Part shown: piece after piece, positions 9,963 to 21,852 of the stretch
How the letters are laid out: every line of letters begins with the position of its first letter
Numbering within the stretch: the stretch's first letter is position 1
Source: an uncultured Nitrososphaeraceae archaeon
GTDB lineage: Archaea; Thermoproteota; Nitrososphaeria; Nitrososphaerales; Nitrososphaeraceae
Direction: 5' to 3'
Length of the DNA stretch: 64,000 nucleotides
NCBI GenBank assembly: GCA_963779615.1
Contig: CAVZZA010000005.1
Location: 608,001-672,000, forward strand
Translations under genes and position numbers: made by a program
Notes under the pieces: generated by a model
The model's input: only the letters and a program-made list of their open reading frames with translations
Told to the model about the DNA's origin: nothing
Database searches by the model: none

Positions 9963-11842
9963 TCATGGAAGTCCAAAAGCTGTTATAGATCCTTTTACGA
10001 TGGGTGCGCCTTTGGGCTGACTTGCATCATTGACCTTGCCGGTGGGCACAAAAAGCATTCCATTTCCTACGGATGGCCCTACGGGGCTTATTTCACCGTT
10101 AACATCGTATTCCCACAATTTTTTTCCGGTATGCTTATCTAATGCCAAAATCACTCCAGACTTCACTGCCGTGGTGTGATTTGACTTTGTGCTAGTCTTT
10201 TCGGTGAAAGGAATGTAACCAGCAAATACAATATCATCAGTAACTAAAGGGGATACCCTTGGCGGAAATCCGGTATGGTATTGCCATTTGATTTGCCCCG
10301 TCCTCAAATCCATCGCAAATATGGTTCCATTATGCAATCCAAGCTCCATGGTATGGGGAGCAGCTATCCTGTATCCTGCTACTCCACCTCCACCTCCACC
10401 ACTACTTTCACCATCATATCACCATCACTATCACCATCACCATCATTGCCGGTGAAATAATTTACACCCCTGTTTGTGGCAGAGACATATAGGGTGTTAT
10501 TGCCACTATCTACAGCATGGTAATTGAATATCCCATATACCCAAATCATGCCACTGCCAATTGGTGATGGAATTGCATCTGCATTGATTTGTTTTCCCAA
10601 TGTCTTCCACCATATTTCTTTTCCTGTAGCTGAATCCATTGCCATTATGTTTCCCATTTTGTCATGGCCTACCACTATTTTCTTTTCTGTGCCATTATCG
10701 AACGTAACCTTGCTTATACTGCTTCCCCACGAGGCATCCCAATCATGGGTATCGGGAACTTTCACATTCAAAACAGTGCCAGACTCTATAAATGGCGTAG
10801 CCCATATCATCTTTCCATCGGTAATGTTTACAGCTACCATATGATTAGCATACAGGTTAGGGATCCCCTGTCTTGTGCTTGCGTTAAAGTTTGGTGATGG
10901 GCTTCCTAGTGGCATATACACGATTCCTGTTTCTGGATCAAGGGACCCCCCAGACCAGGCTGACGCGTCTCCGTTGTATGGAGGGGCTTTATTAGGATCA
11001 ACCCAGTCTCCAACTGTAGTCTGCAGGTTCCACAGTATTTTGCCATCTGTTGCATTGAGAGCGGTCATGTTTCCCTGTATCAGTCCAACGCCATCAGGTT
11101 CATCCCCACCGGCTGCCGAACCTGCTACTACATAGTCTTTCCAAACGATTGGAGCAGAGGGAATGTTATAACCTGATTCAGGATGGCCAAGTTTCAATGA
11201 TTGCCACAATATTTTGCCATCTGTTGCATTGATTGCAACAACGGTAGCGTTGTATCCTGTAGCAGCAAACACCACCCCCTTGCTAAATGTCAATCCCATG
11301 GTTGGGCCGGTTCCAGCACGAACCTTCCACAAAATATCCCCACTTCCACTATCAAACGCAATAACGGTACCAGTATAATCCTGGACGTATCCTTTGTTGC
11401 CTATAATTATGGGAGGGTCTTGTATTTCAGCGTTGTTAACCAATCTCCACTTGACCTCCATTGAGCCAACATTGTCTTTCTTAATTGATGTTTGATTGCT
11501 CTCTCTGCTACCATAGATATCATGATTAACAGTTATCCAGTTATCCCTGTTTTTGAGCTCTGTGCCAATCTCGGAGGAGGGGGAGGGAGAGGAGCTTGAT
11601 GTAGATTTACGATCATTTGCATATTGGGCAATTTGGTTTGAAGAAGAGATTTTCAGAGAAGCGACATCTTTCAACTGCTTTTGTTTTTGTTCATCGTCGT
11701 TTCCTGAAAATGAATCCGCATCACCGGAGGCAAAAGCACTGCTAGACAAAAAAATAAAGGATACAAACAAAATAAAACATACATTGACAAGGGATTCAAA
11801 AGTCATTTTTGAGCAAAGAATATTTCTTTTAAAACAAACCAT
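9963..11842 (-). CDS. secreted PQQ-binding beta-propeller / PQQ-dependent dehydrogenase-like protein, frameshifted at ~10418
   Basis: Signal peptide, repeated AxDxxTGKxxW motifs, DTHDWD. ORFs 10379..11842 and 9963..10349 join through DGDSDGD-x-DGESSGGGGGGVAGYRIAAPHTMELG if one base is restored in the GATGGTGATAGT repeat. Confidence 0.85.
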
Positions 11843-12510
11843 TCGAAAGTAATTGTTAGGATATGAAATAAAAGTATATCACCATGAAAAATTGACCGTA
11901 TCCTGGTTTTTACCTAAACAGTAAAAAGGAACGGATTTGCGGATTTCCATTATTTTTGCTGAGTTAGCAGAAAATGCATTTTTATTAAAAAAAAGCCAGG
12001 TGCTGACACATCACATTAAACCCAAAATAACCAAATTAGTCATTGGTCCATGGAGGAGGTTTGGGCAGTATGCATGCAGAAGGCTTGTATTAATTTTATG
12101 ATTAAAATCAGTTTGTTTTGCTTTGTTGCATAACTATTAAATTCGTCAATTTATAATAGAGAACATATCAGGATAATATGAATATCGATTATTCCCCTTG
12201 CGGAAATAAAACTAACACGTTTAAAAAATAGGAAAATGAGTTATGCGGCAAAGCAGTTTGTTTTGCTTAAGTAAAAAATAAAGCATTCGATGATAGTCCA
12301 AAGGACACGCAATACGGTTAAGAAATCCGGATTCATCAAGGTTTCTATACTTTCTGTCCAATGAGAAATACCATTTTTTACAGATTGAGTTAGAGTGGCA
12401 AAGTGGCCCCAAATAAAAAAATACACTGTATATAGAAAATAGAAAACAGAAAGCAAAAATCAAACATATCTAAACAGTCAAAATCGTCACCATCTAAAAA
12501 AAAGGGGACG

Positions 12511-12800
12511 CTATTTGAAAAAGCCAAGTATCTGTTTTATCAGAAAACTTGGCCTCTCTTCCGGGATGAAATGTCCTGTGTTTGATAATGTTATTCCAGT
12601 GACATTGTTTGCGACCTTTTGGAATGCGAAGGCAGTGTGGTTACCTATGCCTGCATCCCCACCTATTGCTAATATGGGAACGTTTAGTTTTTCTTTTTCA
12701 TATTCTTTGTTTGTCCCGCATCATCAAAAATCGCCCTATAGCATTCAAAACCCGCACGCATTGCGCCCGGTCTAGAATATTGTTTAATGTGCTCAACCAA
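12511..12800 (-). pseudogene. alpha/beta hydrolase (epoxide hydrolase-like) C-terminal remnant
   Basis: Minus strand HIKQYSRPGAMRAGFECYRAIFDDAG / KEYEKEKLNVPILAIGGD...LSNTGHFIPEERPSFLIKQILGFFK*, including the catalytic-His motif GHFIPEERP. Confidence 0.7.
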
Positions 12801-14333
12801 TTTTGTCGTTACGGTGTTTTTTAACCATAATTGATAAGAATATGGTAACAGCTACCAAAACAGACATACAAATAAATATATCCACAAAAGATTCAGCCGA
12901 TGGAAAAGTCATTGAGTTATTGTAACCATACGCAGTACCAATGGTAGCAGCGGTGGCGGCGGTATTAATGGATACTTGATTTGTTTGCATAAGCATTCCT
13001 GCGACAGCAGGACCGATCGCCGATCCAGTAAACCTAAAAAGGGTATTTACACCAAAAGATATCCCCAAAAACTTTACAGGTGTGGACGCAGTATTGATGT
13101 TGATTTGACCCACATTCAACAGGGACAAACCTGATCCTATTACCGCAAGGCTTATTGCAATCTGCATAGCATCAGAATGGAACATCAAAATACAGACAAA
13201 CCCAATAGTCGCTATTACTCCTCCCGTTAAGATTACCTTGAAGGATCCAATTTTTGATATTATAAAACCAGAAGTAGGTCCAAAAATCAACGACATTATG
13301 GAAAACGGCAACGTAACATACACAACATCCAATGCATTTCCACCAATACCAGAGGGCATGGGAGTTCTAACCAGGTACCTGGTACGGTTTGAAAAATGGC
13401 AAAGGTGGATATACCCCATATGAGAATAATGACGTTTGTTAAAAGTATCGGTTTCAATGCCATCAATTTAAGGCTAATGAGAGGATTGGGTGTTTTTCGC
13501 TCCACAACTATGAAAACAAAAAGCGACACAACGCTCACACCTAACAATGAGAATTGGACTGACATGTTTGGTAGGGTATTGCCAGTGCCTTCGGATTGAA
13601 CCAATGTAAGCGCTAAAATGAATGATGTAACGGTAACGGCCAACACAAAAGTTCCCCGAATGTCAAAATTTGGCATCATGCGGAAAAGTTTAAATCTTTT
13701 TTGGTTATGCACAAACGCCGTTTTTGAATTCAGCAGTGGTTTATCCTCTTTGCTTGCAACAGGCAAACGGTGCGGTATGTTTACAAAAAATTTGATTACC
13801 ACAGTCACAACAACCGCAAATGGAAGTATGGACAGGAAAGTCATGTGCCACCCAAAACTATGCGTTATGTTACCACCAACCATTAACCCCAATACCCCTC
13901 CAAAAGCAAACATTGACGCCAAAGTTCCCTGGCCTACAGCAATTTTGTCTTTTGGGAATTGGGTTTGAACAATGGCAAATACCAGTGGAAACATTGACAT
14001 TCCAATGCCCTGAATTATGCGAAACACGATCATCCAAAAAATATTATTGGACAACGAGCCGCCAATTATGCCCATGATGTATATTGTTAATACTATTAGA
14101 AGGATTAGTTTTCGTCCATAAATATCAGATAGCTTTGAAACTATTGCTGTGGAAATCAATGCAGAAATAATAAAAGATGCGAATATCCAGGAGGAAACAC
14201 TATAGGATATGCCAAATTCTCGGATAATGTCAGGAATGGCAGGCAAAAGCATTGTTTCCACATACATTACCATAATGGAAATAGAACTCAGTATCAAAAG
14301 GAGCTTCCAAGGGGACAAAAGAGCATTTTCCAT
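12793..14333 (-). CDS. MFS transporter (DHA2/14-TM type), frameshifted at ~13380
   Basis: SKLSDIYGRK motif A, FRIIQGIG; ORFs 13296..14333 and 12793..13419 join at FQTVP/YLVRTP. Confidence 0.85.
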
Positions 14334-14834
14334 CTCTAAAGTACACGCTTCCCCGGAAACATCATTGCAAGCAATTCTTGCAAATCGGGTTTCCCCTCAT
14401 ATTTGTAATAACCATTTTTTGGCATGGAGCATGGTACTTGACACTTTTGTGCCCCCAATAAATAACTCAAACCTTTTGCAAACCCAGAGTCGTTCCCAAC
14501 AAATTCCAAAACCATGGTACCCATCCCTTTATTCGGGCTTTCAGATCATCCAACAAGTGACCAATACTACTGTATCCTATATTTTTTTGTTTTTCTTAAA
14601 GTTGCCAATCTTTTATCAAGATATTTTTTCGCCACTTTCTGCATCATCTATACGGCCCATGATAACAATTGCAACTCAGGATTCATTTTAATCTTAAAGC
14701 AGACAGATATTTTCTTTGCATTACACCATAACCAGGTAAAGGAGAAGAGAGGCGTGATTGACCCTGTGGTGTTGCATGAGGTCTAAAGGAAAGATCACTG
14801 AATTTATTTGCAATCATTCAATCTTACTAGCTAT

Positions 14835-15854
14835 TCATTGTGAAATTGAAGAGATGGTAGCCAGAATTTCATAAGAGCGCAGTCGTGCAGTGTGCTCATA
14901 TATATGGGAAACTGCCATAATTTCATCTGCCTGCGTCATGTCCAAAAAAGACTGGAGCCCTTTTTTAACCGTAGCCGGTTCGCCAACAAAAGAATACTTG
15001 AGCATTTCGCCTACTGCATACCTCTCGGGCATACTCCAAATACCTCCAATATCATCCACAGGCGCAGGGAATAGCATAGGCTTTCCCCTAATCATCCCCA
15101 AAGCCCTTATTTGCAGCGAGGTGAACAAACGATTGGCTTCTTTATCGTTGTCTGCCGCAACCACATTGACACCAGCAATAACATAAGGCTCTTTTAGGGT
15201 TTTTGAGGGCTGAAACTTGTCCCGATAAATTTCGATGGCGGTCTCCAAATACGCCGGGGCAAAATGACTGGCAAAAGCATAGGGTAAACCCAGCATTGCT
15301 GCCAGGTGCGCGCTAAATACACTGGAACCCAACAACCATATTGGGACATCCAACCCCTCTCCAGGAGTTGCCCTAACCTGTGTTCCGGGATTTGGCGTGG
15401 CGAAATATTTTTGTAACTCCATCACACTATTGGGAAAATCATCTTCTGAACCATCCAAATTACGCCTTAAAGCCATGGCGGTATTTATGTCAGTTCCGGG
15501 TGCACGACCCAAGCCAAGGTCAATCCTGCCAGGGTACAGAGATTCCAAAGTCCCAAACTGCTCGGCTATTACCAACGGCGAATGGTTTGGCAGCATCACC
15601 CCACCAGAGCCCACCCTTATGGCGGAAGTCCCTCCGGCTATAAACCCAATCAAGATGGAGGTGGCAGTGCTGGCTATACCCGCAATATTGTGGTGTTCAG
15701 CTAACCAGTAGCGTTTATACCCCCATCGCTCCACATGCCTGGCCAAGTCCAGGCTGTTTTGCATTGATTCGCCTGGTGAACCACCTGAATTTACCATTAC
15801 CAAATCTAGGACTGACATTGGCAGATCGCCTATTTTTTTTTGACCGCGTTGCAC
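14835..15854 (-). CDS. luciferase-like monooxygenase (LLM class flavin-dependent oxidoreductase, YhbW-type)
   Basis: [58 protein letters not shown]. Confidence 0.92.
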   Translation of the reverse strand: MQRGQKKIGDLPMSVLDLVMVNSGGSPGESMQNSLDLARHVERWGYKRYWLAEHHNIAGIASTATSILIGFIAGGTSAIRVGSGGVMLPNHSPLVIAEQFGTLESLYPGRIDLGLGRAPGTDINTAMALRRNLDGSEDDFPNSVMELQKYFATPNPGTQVRATPGEGLDVPIWLLGSSVFSAHLAAMLGLPYAFASHFAPAYLETAIEIYRDKFQPSKTLKEPYVIAGVNVVAADNDKEANRLFTSLQIRALGMIRGKPMLFPAPVDDIGGIWSMPERYAVGEMLKYSFVGEPATVKKGLQSFLDMTQADEIMAVSHIYEHTARLRSYEILATISSISQ

Positions 15855-16233
15855 AGTAATTACGTCGGTATCATCCCTTTTACCTTTTTAATCATATATC
15901 ACCTGTCAGCCGACATATATGGATAAGGATGTGCTTGTTTTGTGAATGGGGGTTAGAATACACTGCAATGGTTGAAAAGTGGGGACAGAACAATACGTCA
16001 ATAGGTTTGCAAACATTTTTTCACAGGTTGTGTAGATAAATTGTACTTTTAATTAAAACACGGCTCATATTTTTTAAATTGGGTCCATGGGTACATAATT
16101 CCTTGATAAGAGATTGGATGAAGGGCATCTTCTCGCAGGCAAGCCCCAGGATACCGAATTTACGGATAGCCGACAAAATAAACATGGAAACTTTAATTTT
16201 GATGGGTCAGGAAAATAGTACAGGAAAAAGAGC

Positions 16234-16638
16234 ATGGAAAACAATGACCTATTTTATAATTTAATTACGGATATCCTAAAAGAGGATGATGTGCTTTTAT
16301 CAGTAAACAGCGGAAGTGGCATATGTGAAACAAGAGTTGAAAAGGGAACACCCTTCAAGATAAAGGACAGATGGGCGACAATTGGGGATGACAGAGGGCC
16401 ATGGCACATCCACCTGAATGTGGAAAAAGTTAAAGAGGCCAAATTCATTCAGGAGCCAAGGGCAGATGGCAAGAATAGCTATAGTGTAAGGTTTTTTGAC
16501 TCGGAAGGCAATTTGTCAATGAGGGCAAATTTTACGAAAATGTATGATAATAACGGGAACACAATAAATGAAAAAGTCGAAAGGTATAGCGAAATCTTTC
16601 GCAAATATGGCAGTAAAGGTTCCCTTTCCCTATCATAA
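16234..16638 (+). CDS. ChuX/HutX-like haem-binding/carrier protein
   Basis: Pattern LLSVNSGSGICE...WATI...WHIHLN...FIQEP...SYSVRFFDSEG resembles ChuX_HutX. Confidence 0.65.
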   Translation: MENNDLFYNLITDILKEDDVLLSVNSGSGICETRVEKGTPFKIKDRWATIGDDRGPWHIHLNVEKVKEAKFIQEPRADGKNSYSVRFFDSEGNLSMRANFTKMYDNNGNTINEKVERYSEIFRKYGSKGSLSLS

Positions 16639-17076
16639 CTTTATTGTCGGTTGTTACACCATTGCTAATTACTTATTTGGAGTAACAGTTTTAGCATTAG
16701 AGGTTTTCAGTTGAATTTGAATTCAAGGCTTGTTACCCATTATTGATTCGTCCACCCGTTCATAAAGATCCGGTAAAGCATTATCGAGTTTGGTGTTTCC
16801 GGTTTTATTTTAGCCAAACGCACCGCTTGAGAAAAATCCAGATCATCTATACACAACACACAACACCATCAACATCCCAAAGACAGTTACAATCAGGGTT
16901 GCTGAAATCATTTTCTCGGGTTTTTCTTAACCTCTTCAATTTATTTTGGGTAGCTTTTTTACACCATCTTATAGATCAACAAAAAAACAAATCAAATTGA
17001 TTTGGCATCAGAACAGAGCAGCATTAAGCATGTTTTCAAAATAGATAAAAAAATGATAATATAGATATGGAACAAA

Positions 17077-17748
17077 ATGTATTTATCAATGACAGAAAGC
17101 AGAAGGGCAATTCCAGATTGGGAAACCATATATAAAAACCAGCAAGTAGAATCAATGCCTTGGTACAATGAAAACCTTGATGCGGATTTGGAGGAGGAGT
17201 TGGATAAGAGAAAGATAAACCAAGGCAAATTCCTAGATCTCGGAACAGGTCCAGGAACACAGGCAATAAAACTACATGAAAGGGGCGTAAATGTCACAGC
17301 AACTGACTTATCGGAAACAGCCATTAAAAAGGCCCAAAGCATTTACAACAGCAACAACAACAACAATAAAAAAGTTGACTTCAGAGTCGACAACATCTTG
17401 AACTCAAACCTTAAGGAAAAAGAATTTGACCATATTTTTGACAGGGGATGTTTTCATGTCATTTCAACAGATGACAGGAAACGGTACATCATGCAGGTTA
17501 CCCGAATACTAAAGGATAACGGCATTTTATTTTTGAAATGCTTTAGCGACAAAGAACAAGGTGAGGAGGGCCCACACAGGTTCTCCAAGCACAAATTAAA
17601 AGAAATATTTGAAAATGAAAATTTCAACATAGAGAACATGAAGGAAACTGTTTACCAAGGGACTTTGAATCCTTTGCCAAAAGCGCTATTTGCGGTTATG
17701 ACCAAACAAAACAAAATGGCGGTACTCGGGAACAATAACCTCGGTTGA
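17077..17748 (+). CDS. class I SAM-dependent methyltransferase (TPMT-like)
   Basis: MPW, FLDLGTGPG, TDLSETAI, FDHIFDRGCFH. Confidence 0.9.
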   Translation: MYLSMTESRRAIPDWETIYKNQQVESMPWYNENLDADLEEELDKRKINQGKFLDLGTGPGTQAIKLHERGVNVTATDLSETAIKKAQSIYNSNNNNNKKVDFRVDNILNSNLKEKEFDHIFDRGCFHVISTDDRKRYIMQVTRILKDNGILFLKCFSDKEQGEEGPHRFSKHKLKEIFENENFNIENMKETVYQGTLNPLPKALFAVMTKQNKMAVLGNNNLG

Positions 17749-18027
17749 ACTGGTTTTAAAATATAAAGCACATTAACAGCGAAATCAATTTTTGTTTGCC
17801 TAATGTTCCCGCTTCTAGCTACTTCAGGGCTTAGTTACTTACTCCCTGCCCCATATTAACAGTTTGAAGAAGAGGTAAAAGGGTTGTTGCATTAAACACT
17901 TAATTTATTATTGGTTTTATCAATAAATAAACATACATTATTTGGTCGCCTGGTTGTCAAACCATTTTTTAAACTAATCATTGAACAATTCAAGAAAAAA
18001 ATAATATTTCATTGAAATTGGGATTTA

Positions 18028-18267
18028 CTACAGCAAAAAAAATGCACTTGCCATACTTTGCATTTGATCGGGTATTTCAAATCGGCTTGGACCTTCTGTA
18101 ACTTTTGCCAAATCATTGCAAAATCCATAGTGAATTTGCAAATGAAAATTGCAATAAAGATTAAAGCATTTGGAGCACTGACAACTGGACTCGTTTATGC
18201 AGTCTGGAAATGTACATTTTGAACTATGTGCTAGTCGGCTAGTCCAAACGTGCTTTGTAATGTCCAT
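18028..18267 (-). CDS. small zinc-finger protein (AN1/B-box-like)
   Basis: From ATG 18267: C-x4-C-x7-C-x2-C-x4-C-x2-H-x3-H-x3-C; TTTATAT box ~30 nt upstream. Confidence 0.6.
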   Translation of the reverse strand: MDITKHVWTSRLAHSSKCTFPDCINESSCQCSKCFNLYCNFHLQIHYGFCNDLAKVTEGPSRFEIPDQMQSMASAFFLL

Positions 18268-19283
18268 ATTAATACACAACATAACTAACAGAAAGTAATA
18301 TAAAAAAAGATTGAAATGCATCTATTAAATTCCCAAATGAGGATATATTTTCAATATTCTATAAAATAAAATAAAATAAAATATAGTGAAAAATATTTAA
18401 TTATCACATGATGAAACTCCCCCTTTTTTATGATTGGATCGATACAATAAAGCAAATGCGATATAATCTTAATTTTAACTCTAACAAAATAGATATAAAA
18501 ACACGGTAAAATGAGATATGTAATAAGTATGGATAATCAACAGGACAATAAAAAACATCTTTTGGTTTCAAAGCAAAAAAATAATTAATTTTGAGTTTTT
18601 ACGACAATAAACACAATAATAAAACACAACACAGAAAACATATTGTCAAGACCCAATCTTTGCGCCGATTCAGTAAAAATAGAGGCAGAATTAGGCATAT
18701 AGACATGCCTTGATCAAAATTGATGAGTCTCCCACCTCTAGTCAAAACAACATGAACCTTTTTCTTATTTATTTTAACAAACCAAGATGTTTTTGGCCTT
18801 TGCATCTCTTCAACTGCAATGGTAACTAGTTATAATTAACTTAGATTTCAATTTGCGCATTAAGTTTATTGCATAAGGACTTCAGGGCATTTTTAATGTA
18901 TTAAACATTCAATAATCAATGGCATAATAAAACAAACGAATTATCTACAGGTTTTTTAAATAAGTCAAATTCAAAATATGTGGTACTGAAATAACACCCT
19001 GATTGAACCTCTTTATCAACTTGTTTATCTGTTACCATTTTTCTATCAATGTTTGAAATTCCCCCATATTAACCTTAGTGGATTGGTAACCGAATAACAA
19101 CCATATTTTTATATTTACAAATTGCCATACGTTATACCGAGTGAAAGAAAAAAACAGGACAAAAGCCACGACTGATAAAAAAAAATTAAGACTTTTAACA
19201 ACATCAAATAAAATGAATTCAAATCAAACCCTATTAAAAAACTACACTTTAAAATCTGCAAAAGAAGGAGCAAGACCTAGCAA

Positions 19284-20243
19284 ATGATTCCCATATCCAC
19301 GGATGAAAATCTAATCATAAGTGCCGTTGAGAAGGTCAGTAAAAGCGTGGTAAACATTGCCAGTGTAAGAATGGTAAAGGATCAGCTCTTGCGGATATTT
19401 CCTGTTGAAGGTGTTGGCTCCGGAGTCATAATTGATAAAAAAGGGCATATACTCACCAATTATCACGTAATCGACAAGGCAGACAAATTAAAAATCACTA
19501 CCACTGATGGTAACTTTTTTGATGGATTTGTTATAGGAACTGACAAACCCACAGATTTGGCGATAATAAGGATTGAGTCGAAAGAGGCATTTTCGTTTGC
19601 CGAGTTAGGAAATTCTGAAAATCTGAAGATTGGTCAAATAGTCATAGCAATTGGAAACCCTTTTGGATTAGCAGGTGGTCCAACCGTAACTGCAGGCATA
19701 ATAAGCTCACTAAACAGGAACCTGCAATTTGAAAACGGAGTGATGGAGTTGATTCAGACAGATGCTGCAATAAACCCCGGAAACTCAGGGGGGCCATTGA
19801 TAGATACGAATGGAAAGGTTATTGGAATAAACACTGCAAAGATACCTTATGCGCAGGGAATGGGTTTTGCAATCCCCATAAATGTTGTAAAGACAATACA
19901 ATTGGATTTGATAGAAAAGGGACAGGTAACAAACAGGCCATGGATGGGCATTTCAACAATCAAAATAACAAGGCAATTGGCAAGATATTATGGATTGCCA
20001 ACGAGGGAGGGCGTCCTTATTGCAGGGGTGCAAAAAAACAGTCCAGCCGAGTCTGCGGACTTGAGAAAAGGGGATATCATAGAATCATTGGACGGCAAGC
20101 GAATAATTGACCCAATGCAAATATCATCCAATATCCGAAAGAAGAACGTAAAGGACAAAGTAACAGTCAGGATAAATAGGTATGGCAAGCAATTTGACAG
20201 GGAAATACAGCTACTAGCACAGCCAACAGGTTTAGGCGAGTAA
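19284..20243 (+). CDS. htrA: HtrA/DegP family trypsin-like serine protease with PDZ domain
   Basis: GSGVII, LTNYHVI, TDLAII, IQTDAAINPGNSGGPL, C-terminal PDZ (SPAESADLRKGDII); no signal peptide. Confidence 0.93.
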   Translation: MIPISTDENLIISAVEKVSKSVVNIASVRMVKDQLLRIFPVEGVGSGVIIDKKGHILTNYHVIDKADKLKITTTDGNFFDGFVIGTDKPTDLAIIRIESKEAFSFAELGNSENLKIGQIVIAIGNPFGLAGGPTVTAGIISSLNRNLQFENGVMELIQTDAAINPGNSGGPLIDTNGKVIGINTAKIPYAQGMGFAIPINVVKTIQLDLIEKGQVTNRPWMGISTIKITRQLARYYGLPTREGVLIAGVQKNSPAESADLRKGDIIESLDGKRIIDPMQISSNIRKKNVKDKVTVRINRYGKQFDREIQLLAQPTGLGE

Positions 20244-20550
20244 AATAGAAACCATAAAATTCAAAACAGGCATTTGGCAGTCCCGACATTAATCATTGCC
20301 TTTTCATAAAAACGGTGGTGCCGTCACCCAAGTTATTGTTTGATCGTTATTTCTCATGGGACCTAATTGATTTTGTGAGTTTTGGAAACATTCGTTTTTT
20401 TTATATTTGGGTATCCCGAACCTAATAAAATTATTGAGTATTTTGGTTGGAAGGTCTAAAGGTTTCCAACAAAAGAAAATAGGAGTCTTCCATGGGTGAA
20501 CTGGGCCAGCCGCCAAAAATCCTTAATATACACTGGATGGCCAAATAAAC

Positions 20551-21547
20551 ATGGAAAAGGTTAGCAATGGCATTGATGCCTTTGATTACTCAACGGTAGA
20601 ACAGAAAACCCGCGGATTTTTAGAATCATTACAAAAAAGCGGAGGTCCCCCACTTTACACTTTGACACCCAATGACGCTCGCGCCGTTTTGTCTGGCCTG
20701 CAATCAGGCCCTGTACAAAAACCTCCTGCAGAAATAGACAGCCAAACTATTCAGGGCGGTCCCAATGGCGAGTTATCCATTAAACTAGTCAGGCCCCATG
20801 GAAGCGGAAATGAAACTCTGCCTGCGGTGGTCTACTTTCACGGCGGAGGATGGGTTTTGGGTGGCTTTGATACCCATGAGCGATTGTTGAGGGAGCTTGC
20901 TAGCGGTGCGCATGTAGCCATTGTGTTTGTCAACTACACACGCTCACCTGAAGCAAAATACCCGGTACCCACAGAGGAGGCATATTCTGCAATAAAATGG
21001 GTTGCCGGAAATGGCCAAACCATAAAGATAGACCCCTCGCGTATTGCAGTGGCAGGGGATAGTGTGGGTGGCAACATGGCCGCTGCAGTTACACTACTTG
21101 CCAAAGAACGCGGTGGTCCGTCCATTGTCTTTCAGCTTTTGTTCTATCCAGTAACGGACGCCAGTTTTGATACCGGTTCCTACACCTCATATCAAGAAGG
21201 GTATTTTCTCACCCGTGAAGCCATGAAGTGGTTTTGGAGCAACTATCTTTCAAGCGATACCAACAGAAAAGAGCCAACTGTTTCCCCACTACAAGCACCA
21301 CTTGAACAGCTGTGTGGTTTGCCACCTGCATTAGTCATTGTGGGAGAAAATGAACGTACTTCGCGATGAGGGTGAGGCGTATGCCCACAAGTTGATGCAA
21401 GCGGGAGTCACAGTTACTGCAACCAGATATCTAGGAACCATCCATGACTTTGTAATGCTAAACCCTATCGCAGATACCCCTGCTCCAAGGGGAGCAATTG
21501 ATCAGGCCTCCAGCATGCTTAAAAGGGTATTTTCAGACCGCAAGTGA
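20551..21547 (+). CDS. HSL-family alpha/beta hydrolase (esterase/lipase), frameshifted at ~21352
   Basis: HGGGW, GDSVGG; the C-terminal DVLRDEGEAYA...GTIHDF lies in ORF 21338..21547. Confidence 0.88.
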
Positions 21548-21852
21548 TGCCCCACATTGCCTTCAATGTGTTTCTGTATAACAATTGTTACCGATAGATT
21601 TAACGCACAGATAACTATAGCCCACAGAGATAAAAAAATTGATATGTATACGGAAACACACAAAAACTTGTTTTTACATTTCTACAACAACCGGTATTGA
21701 AAGAAATTCCAGATTTGTTTTAATGGAGTTCCCATCCTTAAAACTCCATTGATTTTGGCATGGTGTAGGCAATAATTCGCTTGTGCATATGCCAAAGGGA
21801 CAACCCAGCTATTGATTGTTTATCTGCAATGTTCCTTTTATTGGTTCTAAAA

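Noticed and set aside
14890-15711. Long antisense ORFs over the LLM, MFS, GT and methyltransferase genes
   Set aside because: Shadow ORFs of well-supported genes on the opposite strand.
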